Assembly (NCBI GenBank): GCA_963774015.1
Contig: CAVZDH010000011.1
Span: forward strand, 22,588-86,587
DNA from: an uncultured delta proteobacterium
Lineage (GTDB): Bacteria > Desulfobacterota > Binatia > UTPRO1
Direction of reading: 5' to 3'
Length of the DNA stretch: 64,000 bases
Shown here: piece by piece, positions 39,251 through 49,238 of the stretch
How the letters are laid out: every line of letters begins with the position of its first letter
Position numbering within the stretch: the stretch's first letter is position 1
Made by a program: the position numbers and the translations under genes
Notes under the pieces: generated by a model
Databases searched by the model: none
What the model was told of the DNA's origin: nothing
The model's input: the letters and a program-made list of their open reading frames with translations, nothing else

Positions 39251-39763
39251 TCAGTGGTCGTGTGCCGCAAGCAAGGCGATCCGGAGCCGCGTCCGTTCGC
39301 TCTTGCAGCGCTGCTCGGCCTCGGCCACCAGCGCGTGATGGTGTCCGGTGCTCTCGCGACGTACGGTCTCGTGGAAGTCGGGAAAACGCGCGAGCGGCGA
39401 GGCTTGGAGCAGCGTCGTGTAGATCGTGTCGATCTCGCTGCCCTCGAGGGCGAGAGCGAGGGCGAATGCCTCTTCCTCGTCGACGGTCTCCGCCGCGGCG
39501 AGGCTTTCGTCGAGCAGCTGCTCCACCGCGTCGACGTCGCCCCCGAAGCCGCTCAGCTGCGGCCGATGCTCGGGAGGCTCCGCCGCGACGAGCTCGCGCC
39601 ACGTCGCGAGCTTCCGGGCGTGCTCGTGCTCATCGCGGGCCATCGACGACCAGAGCTTCGCGAGCGGCGGATCGGACGCGAAGCGGCGCGTCAACACCTC
39701 GTAGAACGCGGCGGCCTTGCGCTCGAGTCCGACGCAGCGCGCAAGCAATGCAAGCACGTCCAT
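39251..39763 (-). CDS. rubrerythrin/ferritin-like di-iron domain protein
   Basis: …ARDEHEHARK… and …ALEGSEID… ExxH/E-type four-helix-bundle ligands. 170 aa. Confidence 0.55.
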   Translation of the reverse strand: MDVLALLARCVGLERKAAAFYEVLTRRFASDPPLAKLWSSMARDEHEHARKLATWRELVAAEPPEHRPQLSGFGGDVDAVEQLLDESLAAAETVDEEEAFALALALEGSEIDTIYTTLLQASPLARFPDFHETVRRESTGHHHALVAEAEQRCKSERTRLRIALLAAHDH

Positions 39764-39825
39764 GATGCCCGTGAGGCGTGCAAGCGACGCGCCAGCGGGC
39801 ACGCCGGTTGCAGCAGCGTCGGCTC

Positions 39826-40704
39826 ATGGATGCCGAGCGCACACTCGCGTCGGCCGCGACCCCGGTCGAGCCGGGACACTGGGCGAACCTCCTCATGCAG
39901 GGAACCGGGGGCGTCCTCCGTTGCTACCACCGCCACGACCTGCGCGGGCTCGAGCACCTGACCGCCGCCTTGAGCGCACGGCGCCCGGTCGTGCTCGTCG
40001 GTAATCACTGCCTCGACATCGCCGACCCGCTGATGCTCACCGTCGCGATCTATCGCGCGACCGGGCGCGTACTGCGCTTCATCGCGCACGGCAACATCTT
40101 CTTCGAGACTCCCGTGTTGCGGACGTTGGCGCCGATCTGGGGCCTCGTCCCGAATCGCCACGCCGAGCTCGCCGATGCGGTGCTCGCCGGAACGGGTGCC
40201 CTCATGCTGTACCCGGGCTCGGGCACCGAGGCGATCCTGCGCTCGTATCGCCGCGAGCCGTACCGCCTCAAATGGGACGGCAAGCGCGGCTTCGTACAGC
40301 TCGCCGCGCGCCACCGTGCAACGCTGCTGTTCGTCGCCGGCATCGGCATCGACGAGATGTACTACCAGACCGACCTGCCGATGCCCGCGTGGCTCGTCCG
40401 CGTCGTGAACGCCGGCGACGACGAATACTATCGAGGCGCGCGCCTCCAGCTCGGCGCCGCCGGGGTGCACGTGGTCCCCGGCGTGCTGCCGCTCCCGGTG
40501 CGGGTCACGCACGTCATCTCGCCGCCGCTCGCGCTCGATCCGAACCTCGATCCCGACGATCTCGCCGCCGTCGACCGCGCCCAGGTTCGTCTCTGGGCCG
40601 AGGCCCAGGCCTTCCTCGACGCGACCGTCGCCGGACGCGAGTCGGATCTCGTCGATCGCGGCTTGCGGCGCGCGATGGGATGGCTGCAGCGGCTCGGGGT
40701 GTGA
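39826..40704 (+). CDS. lysophospholipid (1-acyl-sn-glycerol-3-phosphate) acyltransferase family protein
   Basis: GNHCLDIADP (HX4D acyltransferase motif) and …PGSGTE… block. Confidence 0.7.
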   Translation: MDAERTLASAATPVEPGHWANLLMQGTGGVLRCYHRHDLRGLEHLTAALSARRPVVLVGNHCLDIADPLMLTVAIYRATGRVLRFIAHGNIFFETPVLRTLAPIWGLVPNRHAELADAVLAGTGALMLYPGSGTEAILRSYRREPYRLKWDGKRGFVQLAARHRATLLFVAGIGIDEMYYQTDLPMPAWLVRVVNAGDDEYYRGARLQLGAAGVHVVPGVLPLPVRVTHVISPPLALDPNLDPDDLAAVDRAQVRLWAEAQAFLDATVAGRESDLVDRGLRRAMGWLQRLGV

Positions 40705-40707
40705 CGC

Positions 40708-40756
40708 GAGCGGGCGCCGCGGGTGCTCGCGGCGACGGCTTGGCGGCGAGCCGCCG
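40708..40756. terminator. GC-rich hairpins between convergent genes (possible bidirectional terminator)
   Basis: cgcgagc…gctcgcg (7-bp stem) followed by ggcggcgagccgccgcc (6-bp stem), between the acyltransferase stop (40704) and the porin stop (40765). Confidence 0.3.
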
Positions 40757-40764
40757 CCCGCGGA

Positions 40765-42252
40765 TCAGAACGTGACGGTGCTCTCGACGAAGCCGTAGTC
40801 GATGTCGTGCCGGCCCGGAAACGCCTGCTCGACTACCGAGCCGCCGAAGGTGTGGCCGTAGTAGGCGGCGAGCTCGAGGACCGGCAACGGCTTCCAGCTC
40901 ATGCTGATCTCGCTCACGTATCCGATCTGATGGTGGCCGCCGGCCGGCGTCCCGCCGTACCCGAAGAAATCCTGCTTGGTGGCGCCGCCGCCGAAATAGA
41001 GCACGTCGTGGCGATCCGAAACCTGGAGCCAGTGGAAGTCGGTGCGCACGAAGACCGTCGGATGCGGCTTCAAGAGCACCTGCGCGAACGTGTCCTGATT
41101 GTTCATCAGGTTGTAGAAGGGCGTAAACGCGTAGGCGCGCGCCGTCGGGAGCAGCTGGAAGAACGTGTGGTGCTGGCCGTCGGTCGGGTCGCCGTCGCCC
41201 GAGCTGCGAAAATAGCCGGCGCGGACCCAGGGCGCCGCCCAGAGATCGGGAAGCTGATACCCGAGCTCGGTCGCGAGCGCCCACGCGCCTTGCGACTGCG
41301 ATTGCCAGTCGCCCACCTGCCCGACCACCCAGAGGAGCGCATCCGCCTTGCCGGGTCCGAGCGGCTCGACGTGGAGCACGTCGGCACCGAGCGTGTGGAT
41401 GTCGAGATCACGCCGGTCGCCTTGGCGCGCCGCCAGCGGGCGCGTGTCGAGCACGACCACGTCGCCGTTCGAGGGCCGACCGTCGTGGTAGTAGATCCAG
41501 AACGCGCGCGCCTCGGTACGCTCGCATCCCGGATGGTCCTTCATCGTCGCCGAGACACCGGCGAGATTCACGTCCATGCCGCGCCCGGCGCTGATCTCGA
41601 AGCCGCCCGAGGTCGGCCAGAGCGCGAAACCGGTCACGTTCAGCGCGTCGGTGTCGCCCGCCACCCGCGCGCCGTCGAAGCTCCGGCCGACGTGCGTGAA
41701 GTCGAACGGCCCGATCAACCGTTCGGCGACGCGCTGGGTCTTCACCCACTGCATGCTCGGGTCGGGCGCGACCGTCTCGCTGCCGTCGAGAAAACGCATG
41801 CGGCCGCCCTGCAACGTCAGCCGCCAGGCGCCGACCTTCGGCGTCGCCTGGAGCCACCCCTGCCGGAGCCAGCCCTGCTCCTGGAAGTGCTGGTGCGTGT
41901 TCGCGAAGTACGTGCCGCCGACGCCGGTCGCCCCGGCCGGCACGTTCACGAGCTCGGTGTGCTGGTACTGGAAGAAGGCGGAGAGCGGGCCGCGCGTCAC
42001 GCCGATGCCGAGCTGCGTGCGGTTGCCGAGGAAGTCGTACTGGTTGTTGTCGTTGGGCGCGGCCGCCTGGAACCAGTTCGCGAACTCGCCGCGGAGCCGA
42101 TTCCCGGCCGAGAGCTGCCAGTGCGTGTCCCACGGGCCCGACGCCGTGAGGTCGGGCTTGTCGAAGCCGCGCGCGCGCTCCGCGCTCGCCGCCAGGACGA
42201 GCCCCGCCCACGCGAGCGCGACGATCGCACGGGCGGTGCGACCGGACCTCAT
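40765..42252 (-). CDS. outer-membrane beta-barrel, alginate-export (AlgE-like) family porin
   Basis: Signal peptide MRSGRTARAIVALAWAGLVLAASA. Alternating amphipathic strands. C-terminal …ESTVTF (terminal Phe). GAGGA RBS. Its start overlaps the sco stop (ATGA). Confidence 0.65.
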   Translation of the reverse strand: MRSGRTARAIVALAWAGLVLAASAERARGFDKPDLTASGPWDTHWQLSAGNRLRGEFANWFQAAAPNDNNQYDFLGNRTQLGIGVTRGPLSAFFQYQHTELVNVPAGATGVGGTYFANTHQHFQEQGWLRQGWLQATPKVGAWRLTLQGGRMRFLDGSETVAPDPSMQWVKTQRVAERLIGPFDFTHVGRSFDGARVAGDTDALNVTGFALWPTSGGFEISAGRGMDVNLAGVSATMKDHPGCERTEARAFWIYYHDGRPSNGDVVVLDTRPLAARQGDRRDLDIHTLGADVLHVEPLGPGKADALLWVVGQVGDWQSQSQGAWALATELGYQLPDLWAAPWVRAGYFRSSGDGDPTDGQHHTFFQLLPTARAYAFTPFYNLMNNQDTFAQVLLKPHPTVFVRTDFHWLQVSDRHDVLYFGGGATKQDFFGYGGTPAGGHHQIGYVSEISMSWKPLPVLELAAYYGHTFGGSVVEQAFPGRHDIDYGFVESTVTF

Positions 42253-42779
42253 CGGAAGTCCTCGATCGGCGCGTCGAGCCCGACGAGCTCCTTGGTGATC
42301 TCCCCGGCGCCGTCGAGGAGGACGATCTTGTTGTCGTGCATGATGTCGCCGGAGACGGGGTTTCGCGAGTACTTGATGCCGAGCAGCATCGCGAGCATGC
42401 GCGTGTCCTCCTCGGACCCGACGAGGAAGGTCCAGTTCGGGTTGGTGTGATTCGTGTGGCGCCGGTACTCCGCGAGCCGCTCCGGCGTGTCGCGCGCGGG
42501 ATCGAACGACACGATCACGAAGTGCGCCGTGACCTTCTGGCGATCGAATTGCCGCTGGATCGCGTCGAGCTTGCTCATCGTGAGCGGACAGGTCGCCTGA
42601 CACGAGGTGAAGATCATCGTCAGCACGACGCGCTCGCCCTTCCAATGATCGAGCGCCACCGTCTCGCCGCCGTCGCTCCGCCAGGTGAGCGGCGCTTGAT
42701 AGAGGCTCCGCGACGCCGCCGCGACACCTGCAAACAGCACGCAGGTCGTCGCGAGCACCCCGATGCTCCGTCTGGTCAT
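42249..42779 (-). CDS. SCO1/SenC copper chaperone (thioredoxin-like, CxxxC)
   Basis: …MIFTSCQATCP…H… Sco motif. N-terminal TM anchor. Confidence 0.8.
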   Translation of the reverse strand: MTRRSIGVLATTCVLFAGVAAASRSLYQAPLTWRSDGGETVALDHWKGERVVLTMIFTSCQATCPLTMSKLDAIQRQFDRQKVTAHFVIVSFDPARDTPERLAEYRRHTNHTNPNWTFLVGSEEDTRMLAMLLGIKYSRNPVSGDIMHDNKIVLLDGAGEITKELVGLDAPIEDFR

Positions 42780-43597
42780 GGTTCGCTCCTCGTCGCGGCG
42801 GGCGCGGCGTCGTAGGCGCAGCGGAACCCGACGTTGCCGAGCGCGAACTCGGCCCCGAGGCTGCTGCGCATCGCGTAGCGCATGAACGCCGCATAGTCGT
42901 CGCGCCGCGCCGCGCCGGTAGCGGCGTTCCCGCAGAAGAAATTTCGCGAGCGGTCGCCGTTGGCGCGGTTGTCGGCGGTGATGAAGGACGCGTTGAAGTC
43001 GCTCGTCCACTCCCACACCATCCCGTGCAGATTCTCGAGCCCGAAATAGTTGGCCTCGCCCCCGACCGGCCCGAGGCCGAGGTCGCCACGGCTCGGGCGC
43101 GCGTACCAGCCGAGGATGCGCTCGATGAACGCCTCGTCCTTGCTTGCGTTCGGCTCGGTCCGACTCGCGGCCGCGACGTACTCCCACTCGAGCGTCGTCG
43201 GCAGCCGCCCACCCTGGGCACGGCAGTAGGCGACGGCCGCGAACCACGACACGTGCGTCACGGGAAACTCCTCCTGCCCGGCCCGCGGCCGGTCACCGTC
43301 CCAGTTCTGGAGATACTGCGAGTCGGCGTAGATCTCGGGCACCGCCCCACGCCGCCACGCGGGATGCGCGGCGACGAACGCGGCATAGCGCCCCCGCGTC
43401 ACGAGGCGCCGATCGAGCCGGAATGCGGCGACGCGGAAGCTCGTCTGCCCCTTGGCGAGCCCGAAGAGCGGCGCGAAGTTGCCGGCCGGAATGGGGACGA
43501 CGTCACCCGCTGCGGGGGGCGCCGCGGCCGCCGCGGCGGCGGCGCCGGTCACTGCCGCAAGCAGCAGCGCCGGCGCCCATGCGGCCGCTCGCGTCAC
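42776..43597 (-). CDS. nirV: NirV (FGE-sulfatase-domain protein encoded downstream of nirK)
   Basis: …[29 protein letters not shown]…GMVWEWTSD… FGE fold. GTG start overlaps the nirK TGA (GTGA). Confidence 0.75.
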   Translation of the reverse strand: MTRAAAWAPALLLAAVTGAAAAAAAAPPAAGDVVPIPAGNFAPLFGLAKGQTSFRVAAFRLDRRLVTRGRYAAFVAAHPAWRRGAVPEIYADSQYLQNWDGDRPRAGQEEFPVTHVSWFAAVAYCRAQGGRLPTTLEWEYVAAASRTEPNASKDEAFIERILGWYARPSRGDLGLGPVGGEANYFGLENLHGMVWEWTSDFNASFITADNRANGDRSRNFFCGNAATGAARRDDYAAFMRYAMRSSLGAEFALGNVGFRCAYDAAPAATRSEP

Positions 43598-45048
43598 GGC
43601 GCCTTCGCGGTCACCTTCGCACGCGCCTTCGCCACCTCCTCGGCGGTGAACGGTGGCGCACCGGCGTTCCCCCAGTTGCTGGTGACGAACGACAGCACCG
43701 CGGCGATGTCGGCGTCGGAGAGGCCGGCGATCGGCGTCATGACACCGTTGTAGTCGTTGCCTTTGACCGTGATCTGGCCGGTCTTGCCGTTGAGGATGTA
43801 GCCGACGAGCTCGCTCCGATCGGCGGCCTTGGCGCGCGCCATCAGATAGTCCGAGCCGGCGAGCGGCGGGAACACGCCCGGGAGCCCCTGGCCCTCGGCC
43901 TGATGGCACATCGAGCAGTTCTTCGTGAAGATGTCGTGTCCGTCGACCGCCACTCCCTCCGGTGCCGTCGTCTTCGCTGCGAGCGGCGTCGGATTTCTCT
44001 GCCGCAGAGCCGCCGCCACGGACTCGTCGCCGAGGTAGACCTCGTCCAGCTCCTTCCCGGAGTAGATGTCGTGCACCTGCTCGCCCTCGACCTTCAGCAT
44101 CCCGAGCGAGCCCTTGTTGAAGGTGCGCAGGATGCTGTGGTCGACCAACAGGTACGTTCCGCTCGTGTCGAGCTTGAACTCGACGATGGTCGCGCCGCCC
44201 GCGGGGATGAGCGTCGTCTGGACGTCGGTCTGCGTCTTCTGTCCACCCTCGAAATACACGGTGTCGAAGATCTCGCCGATCACGTGGAACGACGACACGA
44301 GATTCGGGCCGCCGTTGCCGACGAAGAGGCGGATGCGGTCGCCGACCTTGGCCCGGAGCGCATTGTCGCCGACCAGCGAGAGCGCCGAGCCGTTGAAGAC
44401 GACGTAGCTCGGATGCTCGTCGATCGCGCGTTGCATCGAGAACGGCTGGTGGCCTTTCACCCCGAACGGCTCGTCCGTGTAGAAGTCGCCCTGCATCACG
44501 TAGAACTCGTGGTCGACCGGCGGCAGCGGCTTCTCGGGCTGGACGTAGATCAAGCCGTACATGCCGTTCGCGATGTGCATGCCGACCGGCGCGGTGGCGC
44601 AGTGGTAGACGTACAGGCCCGGGTGCAGGGCCTTGAACGAGAAGCGCGACTTGTGGCCCGGCGCCGTGAACGTGCTCGCCGCGCCGCCGCCCGGCCCCGT
44701 CACCGCGTGCAGGTCGATGTTGTGCGGGAGCTTGTTGTCGGGATTGTTCGCGAGGTGCAGCTCCACGGTGTCGCCTTGCCGGACCCGAATGAAGCTGCCC
44801 GGCACCGTGCCGCCGAAGGTCCAGAACGTGTACTCGACGCCGTCGGCGATCTGGCCGATCTTCTCGATCACCTCGAGATCGACCACGACCCTGGCGGGCG
44901 TGGTGCGCGTGATCGGCGGCGGGACGTTCGGCGGCGAGGTGAGCACCGCCTTCTCCACGGGCAGCTCCTCGGCACGCGCGCTGGCGGCGAGCGCCCACAG
45001 GACCAGAGCCAGACATCGTGTCGTTTTCATCATGAGCGAACCGTAGGT
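43594..45048 (-). CDS. nirK: copper-containing nitrite reductase NirK with C-terminal mono-haem cytochrome c domain
   Basis: …[15 protein letters not shown]… (type-2 Cu His), …[20 protein letters not shown]… (type-1 Cu Cys/His/Met), C-terminal …CSMCH… haem motif. Signal peptide. Alternative in-frame ATGs at 45033/45030. Confidence 0.9.
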   Translation of the reverse strand, partial: TYGSLMMKTTRCLALVLWALAASARAEELPVEKAVLTSPPNVPPPITRTTPARVVVDLEVIEKIGQIADGVEYTFWTFGGTVPGSFIRVRQGDTVELHLANNPDNKLPHNIDLHAVTGPGGGAASTFTAPGHKSRFSFKALHPGLYVYHCATAPVGMHIANGMYGLIYVQPEKPLPPVDHEFYVMQGDFYTDEPFGVKGHQPFSMQRAIDEHPSYVVFNGSALSLVGDNALRAKVGDRIRLFVGNGGPNLVSSFHVIGEIFDTVYFEGGQKTQTDVQTTLIPAGGATIVEFKLDTSGTYLLVDHSILRTFNKGSLGMLKVEGEQVHDIYSGKELDEVYLGDESVAAALRQRNPTPLAAKTTAPEGVAVDGHDIFTKNCSMCHQAEGQGLPGVFPPLAGSDYLMARAKAADRSELVGYILNGKTGQITVKGNDYNGVMTPIAGLSDADIAAVLSFVTSNWGNAGAPPFTAEEVAKARAKVTAKAP

Positions 45049-45066
45049 CATCCCATCTCCTCCCGG

Positions 45067-45082
45067 TATGAGCTGCGTCATA
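45067..45082. promoter_or_regulatory. FNR/CRP-type palindrome TATGA-N6-TCATA upstream of nirK
   Basis: tatgagctgcgtcata contains a perfect TGA-N6-TCA core. It lies in the 46-nt gap between norD and nirK. Confidence 0.4.
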
Positions 45083-45094
45083 GTCGATGTGCGC

Positions 45095-47050
45095 TCAGCG
45101 CACGGCTTCCGCGACGACCTGTGCGAGCGCTCCGGTGAGTGCATCCGGGCGGGCAAGGAGCGCGTAGTTGCCCTTTCCGAAGAGCTGCGGCAGATGCGCG
45201 CGCGCCGCCGCGTCGATCGCGAGCGCGAACACGTTCACGGCGCGCCGCTCCGCCTCCCGAACCGCCTGCCGCACGTCCGCGACCCCATAGCGCCCCTCGT
45301 AACGATCGTAGTCGGTCGGCTTCCCGTCGCTGACGAGCAACACGAGCCGCCGGCGCGCCGGCGTTCGCTCGAGCACCCGCGTCGCGTGACGCAAGGCCGG
45401 ACCAATGCGGGTGTATCCGGCGGGCTCGATCGACGCGAGCCGGCGAGCGGCGGCCTCCCAAGGCTCGGCGAAGCCCTTGACCGTCGCGAAGCGGCAATCG
45501 CGGCGCGTATGGCTCACGAACGCGGCGATGCCGACCGTGATCGCGGTGCTCGCGAGGGCCTCGCCGAGCACCAGGACCGCGTCGCGCGCGACGTCGAGCA
45601 CGCGGCGCCCGCCCACCCACGCATCGGTCGAGAGACTCGCGTCGAGGAGGACGAGGATCGCGATCTCCTGGCCGTGGCGACGACGCGCACAGTAGAGCCG
45701 CTCGGGCGGCGCGTGGCCGCTCGCGAGGTCGGCGTGGCGCTGCACGAGCGCGTCGACGTCGATGTCGGTGCCGTCGGGCTGGCGGCCTTTCCAGCGCCGC
45801 GCCGCCTCGATGCGCGCGAAGGCCGCGGTGAGCGCGTGAATCTGCGCCCGATGCCGCATCGCCGTTTCCCGACACCACCGCGCGGCCGCTGCCGCCGGCC
45901 GCCGCTCCTGCAAGCGGCTCGCGCGCAGGCTGCACCATCCGGGACGGTAGCGCCGGTGGCGCGCGTCCCACTCGTCGTACGGGATCGCGTCGACGGCGGG
46001 CACGGCTCCCTCGAGGTCGCCGACACCGCCGTCGAGAAAGAGATCGGCTCGGTAGATCGCGCGCGTGCGTTCGCCCGAGCGCACGACCTCGCGCAGATCG
46101 AGCTCGTCGAGCGCCTCGGCGTGCTCGGCGAGCTCGTCCGTGGCGTCGACGCGTTTGCGGCCGCCGCGATACTCCTCCGCGGTGTGCACCTTCTCGAACG
46201 AGTGCACCGCGGGATTCTCGGCGGCCTCCTCTCCGAGCTCGACCTCCCGGATGGCCGCGGGCGACCGCGGTCGCTCGCGCTCCGTCGCCGACGCGGCGGG
46301 GAGCTCGCCCGGCGCCCCCACCCGCGCATCGGGCGCGGCGCGCGCGGCGAGCGGCAACGAGCCCCACGCCGCGACCGGCGCGAGCCGGCCGCTGCCGAAC
46401 CCGGCGCGCGCGCACGCGTCGGCGGCGCCCACCAGCGCCTCCGGAGTCGTCGGCGCGTATGCGGCGGCCCGCTCCGCCCATGCCAGCACCTCGGCGTCGA
46501 CGTGCGCGGCGAGCGTCGCGAGCGGGCGGCCGAGGAGGAGCTGCGCGAGCGTCTCGAGGGCCGCGTCCGCCGGCGCGAGCCGCGCGGGATCGGGGCGCGT
46601 CGCCAACAGCACCGGCGCGACCGCCGCCGCCGCGGAGTCGAGCCCCGGCAGCGCCGCCGCGCACGCGGCGCGCAGCGCCGGCACGGCGAGCAGCGTGCAC
46701 AGGTGGCCGCGCCGCGCGAGCTCGTCGGCAGGCAGGCCGAACCGGAGACGCAGCGCCGTCGCCGCATGCGCCACCCGGAGCTGGAAGAGCCGCGTGTTCA
46801 GCTCGAAGGTCGGCGCGACCGCGAGCACCGCCGGCAGCGGAATGCGGCGTTCGCGCGGAGGGTCGTCGTCGTCCTCGGCCGCCTGCAGCTCGACGTCGGT
46901 CGCCGCGAAAGCGCAGGCGAGCAGGCGCAAGCGCGGCGCGAGCTGGGCGAGCGTCGCCACGTGCGGTCCCGCCGGCGGACGGTGCCGCGTGCGACGCAGG
47001 GTCGCGAGTGCGCGGTGCACGCGCTCGAAGAGGCGTTCGTCCCAGCTCAT
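45095..47050 (-). CDS. norD: NorD (VWA-domain nitric-oxide reductase activation protein)
   Basis: C-terminal von Willebrand A domain (…[10 protein letters not shown]…[10 protein letters not shown]…). Position immediately after norQ. ~651 aa. Confidence 0.8.
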   Translation of the reverse strand: MSWDERLFERVHRALATLRRTRHRPPAGPHVATLAQLAPRLRLLACAFAATDVELQAAEDDDDPPRERRIPLPAVLAVAPTFELNTRLFQLRVAHAATALRLRFGLPADELARRGHLCTLLAVPALRAACAAALPGLDSAAAAVAPVLLATRPDPARLAPADAALETLAQLLLGRPLATLAAHVDAEVLAWAERAAAYAPTTPEALVGAADACARAGFGSGRLAPVAAWGSLPLAARAAPDARVGAPGELPAASATERERPRSPAAIREVELGEEAAENPAVHSFEKVHTAEEYRGGRKRVDATDELAEHAEALDELDLREVVRSGERTRAIYRADLFLDGGVGDLEGAVPAVDAIPYDEWDARHRRYRPGWCSLRASRLQERRPAAAAARWCRETAMRHRAQIHALTAAFARIEAARRWKGRQPDGTDIDVDALVQRHADLASGHAPPERLYCARRRHGQEIAILVLLDASLSTDAWVGGRRVLDVARDAVLVLGEALASTAITVGIAAFVSHTRRDCRFATVKGFAEPWEAAARRLASIEPAGYTRIGPALRHATRVLERTPARRRLVLLVSDGKPTDYDRYEGRYGVADVRQAVREAERRAVNVFALAIDAAARAHLPQLFGKGNYALLARPDALTGALAQVVAEAVR

Positions 47051-47052
47051 GC

Positions 47053-47868
47053 TCAGAACGCGAGATCGGCGAGATCCTGCAGGGCCGCCGCCGTCACGGG
47101 ATCGTCCGTGAGCGGCTGGACGATCGCCACGTTGCACGCCAGCCGCGGCGCGAGACCGCGGCGCATCAACGTCGCCGCTCCCACCAGCAACCGCGTCGAG
47201 ACCGTCTCCGCGAGCCCGAGCTCCTCGAGGACGCGAATCTTGCCGGCGAGCGCGACGAGACGCTTTGCCGCCGCCGGCTCGACGCCCGATTCGGCGCACA
47301 CGATCTCGATCTCGACCTCCGGCGGCGGATACCCGAACGCGAGGGAGACGAAGCGCTGTCGCGTCGACGGTTTCAGCTCCTTGAGCGCGCGGCGATAGCC
47401 CGGATTGTAGCTCACGACCATCATGAACTCGGGTGGCGCCGCGAGCGTCTCGTCGATGCGGTCGACGTAGAGGGCGCGGCGATGGTCGGAGAGGGAGTGC
47501 AGCACCACGATGACGTCCTCGCGCGCCTCCGCGATCTCGTCGAGGTAGAGGATGCCGCCGCTTCGGACGGCGCGCGTCACGGGGCCGTCCTGCCACACCG
47601 TGTCGCCGCCCCGGACGAGCCAGCGGCCGAGCAGATCGGTCGCCGTCGTCTCGTCGTTGCACGCGACGGTGACGAGCGGGCGCCCCACCGCCGCCGCCAT
47701 CGCTTCGACGAAGCGCGACTTGCCGCAGCCGGTCGGTCCCTTGAGCAGCAGCGGGAGCCGGCTCTCGTAGGCGTAGTGGAAGACCTGCACCTCACCGGCG
47801 ATCGCTCGGTAGTACGGCGTCCGGACGGCGTGCGTGCCCTCCTCCGCGAGCTTCGGCACGGCGCTCAC
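47053..47868 (-). CDS. norQ: NorQ (CbbQ/NirQ/NorQ MoxR-type AAA+ ATPase)
   Basis: …PLLLKGPTGCGKSRFVEAMA… Walker A. …ILYLDEIAEA… Walker B. GTG start overlaps the norB TGA (GTGA). Confidence 0.85.
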   Translation of the reverse strand: MSAVPKLAEEGTHAVRTPYYRAIAGEVQVFHYAYESRLPLLLKGPTGCGKSRFVEAMAAAVGRPLVTVACNDETTATDLLGRWLVRGGDTVWQDGPVTRAVRSGGILYLDEIAEAREDVIVVLHSLSDHRRALYVDRIDETLAAPPEFMMVVSYNPGYRRALKELKPSTRQRFVSLAFGYPPPEVEIEIVCAESGVEPAAAKRLVALAGKIRVLEELGLAETVSTRLLVGAATLMRRGLAPRLACNVAIVQPLTDDPVTAAALQDLADLAF

Positions 47869-49238
47869 GTCGTCATCACGCGGACGTGCACCTCCTCGAC
47901 CTCGACGTCCACCGTCCCCGTGGCGTCGACGGGCAATCCGTACGAGACGAAGTTCCAGACGAAGAGGAGGATGCCGCTCGTGAAGAGCAGGGCCGCGAGG
48001 ATGAGACCGTAGAAGTGCACCTCGATCTCCTTCTGGACCGTGACGAAATCCATGCCGATGCGGCGCTCGAGGTACACCTGCGTCACGCCCGCGACCGCGA
48101 AGGCGAGCGTCATCGCGATCATCCCGATGTTGCTGATCCAGAACGCCAGGGTCGCGCTCGGCGCCAAGTAACACTTGCGACCGGTCATCAGCGGCATCGC
48201 GTAGCTGATGATGCCGAGCACGATCATCGCGTACGCGCCCCAGAACGCGAGGTGCCCGTGCATCGCCGTGACCAGCGTCCCGTGGGTGTAGAGGTTCACC
48301 TGCGGCAGCGTGTGCGCGAAGCCGAGGAAGCCCGCGCCCACGAACGACATGATCGCGCAGCCGACCGTCCAGAGCGTGGCGACGCTGTTCGGATGGTTGC
48401 GGCCGCCCTGCCGCGCCATCGCGACCGCGTAGATCGCCATGCCGAGGAAGGCGAGCGGCTCGAGGGCGCTGAAGACCCCGCCGATCCACATCCAGTATCC
48501 GGGCGTGCCGATGAAATAGTAGTGGTGGCCGGTGCCGAGGATGCCGGACAGGAACGTGAGGCCGACGATCACGTAGAGCCATTTCTCGACGACCTCGCGG
48601 TCGACGCCCGTGAGCTTGAGCAGCAGATAGGAGAGGATGCCGCCGAGGATGAGCTCCCAGACACCCTCGACCCAGAGGTGCACCACCCACCAGCGCCAGT
48701 ACGAGTCCTCGGTCTGATTGGTGGTGTCGATCATGCCCGGCAGATAGAGGAGCGCCGCCGCAAGCAGCCCGAAGAAGAGCACGAGCGAGGTCGTCGTGAA
48801 GCGCCGGCCGTACCAGACGGTGGCACCGATGTTGGCGATGAAGAGCAGCACGTCGACCACGACGAGGTAGTCGAGCGGGCGCGGAATCTCGAGGAACTTC
48901 CGGCCTTCGAACCACCCGACGTGGAAGCCCGCGATCGCCGTCACGCCGACCGCCACCAGCGCCCCGAGCTGCACGTAGGCGAGCGTCGGCCACATGAGCT
49001 CGCGATCGGCCTCCTCCGGAATGATGAAGTACGCGGCTCCCATGAAGCCGCAGAGGAGCCACACCACGAGCAGGTTGTTGTGGGTGGCGCGCGCGACGTG
49101 GAACGGGATGATCGGGTGCAGCACGTCGAAGCCGGCATGCGCGAACGCCATGATGAAGCCGTAGACGATCTGCAGGCAGAGCAGCAGCATGCTCGTGGCG
49201 AAGAACCAGTAGGCGACTTTTTGCGAGGCGTATTTCAC
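47865..49238 (-). CDS. norB: nitric-oxide reductase large subunit NorB (cNOR, haem-copper oxidase family)
   Basis: 12-TM protein with conserved His ligands (…HNNLLVVW…, …GTGHHYYF…, …AMHGHLAFWG…). GTG start with a GGAGG RBS overlaps the norC TGA (GTGA). Confidence 0.9.
   Translation of the reverse strand: MKYASQKVAYWFFATSMLLLCLQIVYGFIMAFAHAGFDVLHPIIPFHVARATHNNLLVVWLLCGFMGAAYFIIPEEADRELMWPTLAYVQLGALVAVGVTAIAGFHVGWFEGRKFLEIPRPLDYLVVVDVLLFIANIGATVWYGRRFTTTSLVLFFGLLAAALLYLPGMIDTTNQTEDSYWRWWVVHLWVEGVWELILGGILSYLLLKLTGVDREVVEKWLYVIVGLTFLSGILGTGHHYYFIGTPGYWMWIGGVFSALEPLAFLGMAIYAVAMARQGGRNHPNSVATLWTVGCAIMSFVGAGFLGFAHTLPQVNLYTHGTLVTAMHGHLAFWGAYAMIVLGIISYAMPLMTGRKCYLAPSATLAFWISNIGMIAMTLAFAVAGVTQVYLERRIGMDFVTVQKEIEVHFYGLILAALLFTSGILLFVWNFVSYGLPVDATGTVDVEVEEVHVRVMTT

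Noticed and set aside
45048-45048. Treating the RBS-associated ATG at 45048 as the only possible nirK start
   Set aside because: Not rejected outright, but the FNR-box geometry favours the in-frame ATG at 45033. Both are reported because the sequence alone cannot decide.
45068-47662. Plus-strand ORF 45068-47398 and alternative minus frame 45078-46700 across norD
   Set aside because: Overlapping the well-supported norD frame, which has a VWA domain and the correct operon position; the products are low complexity.
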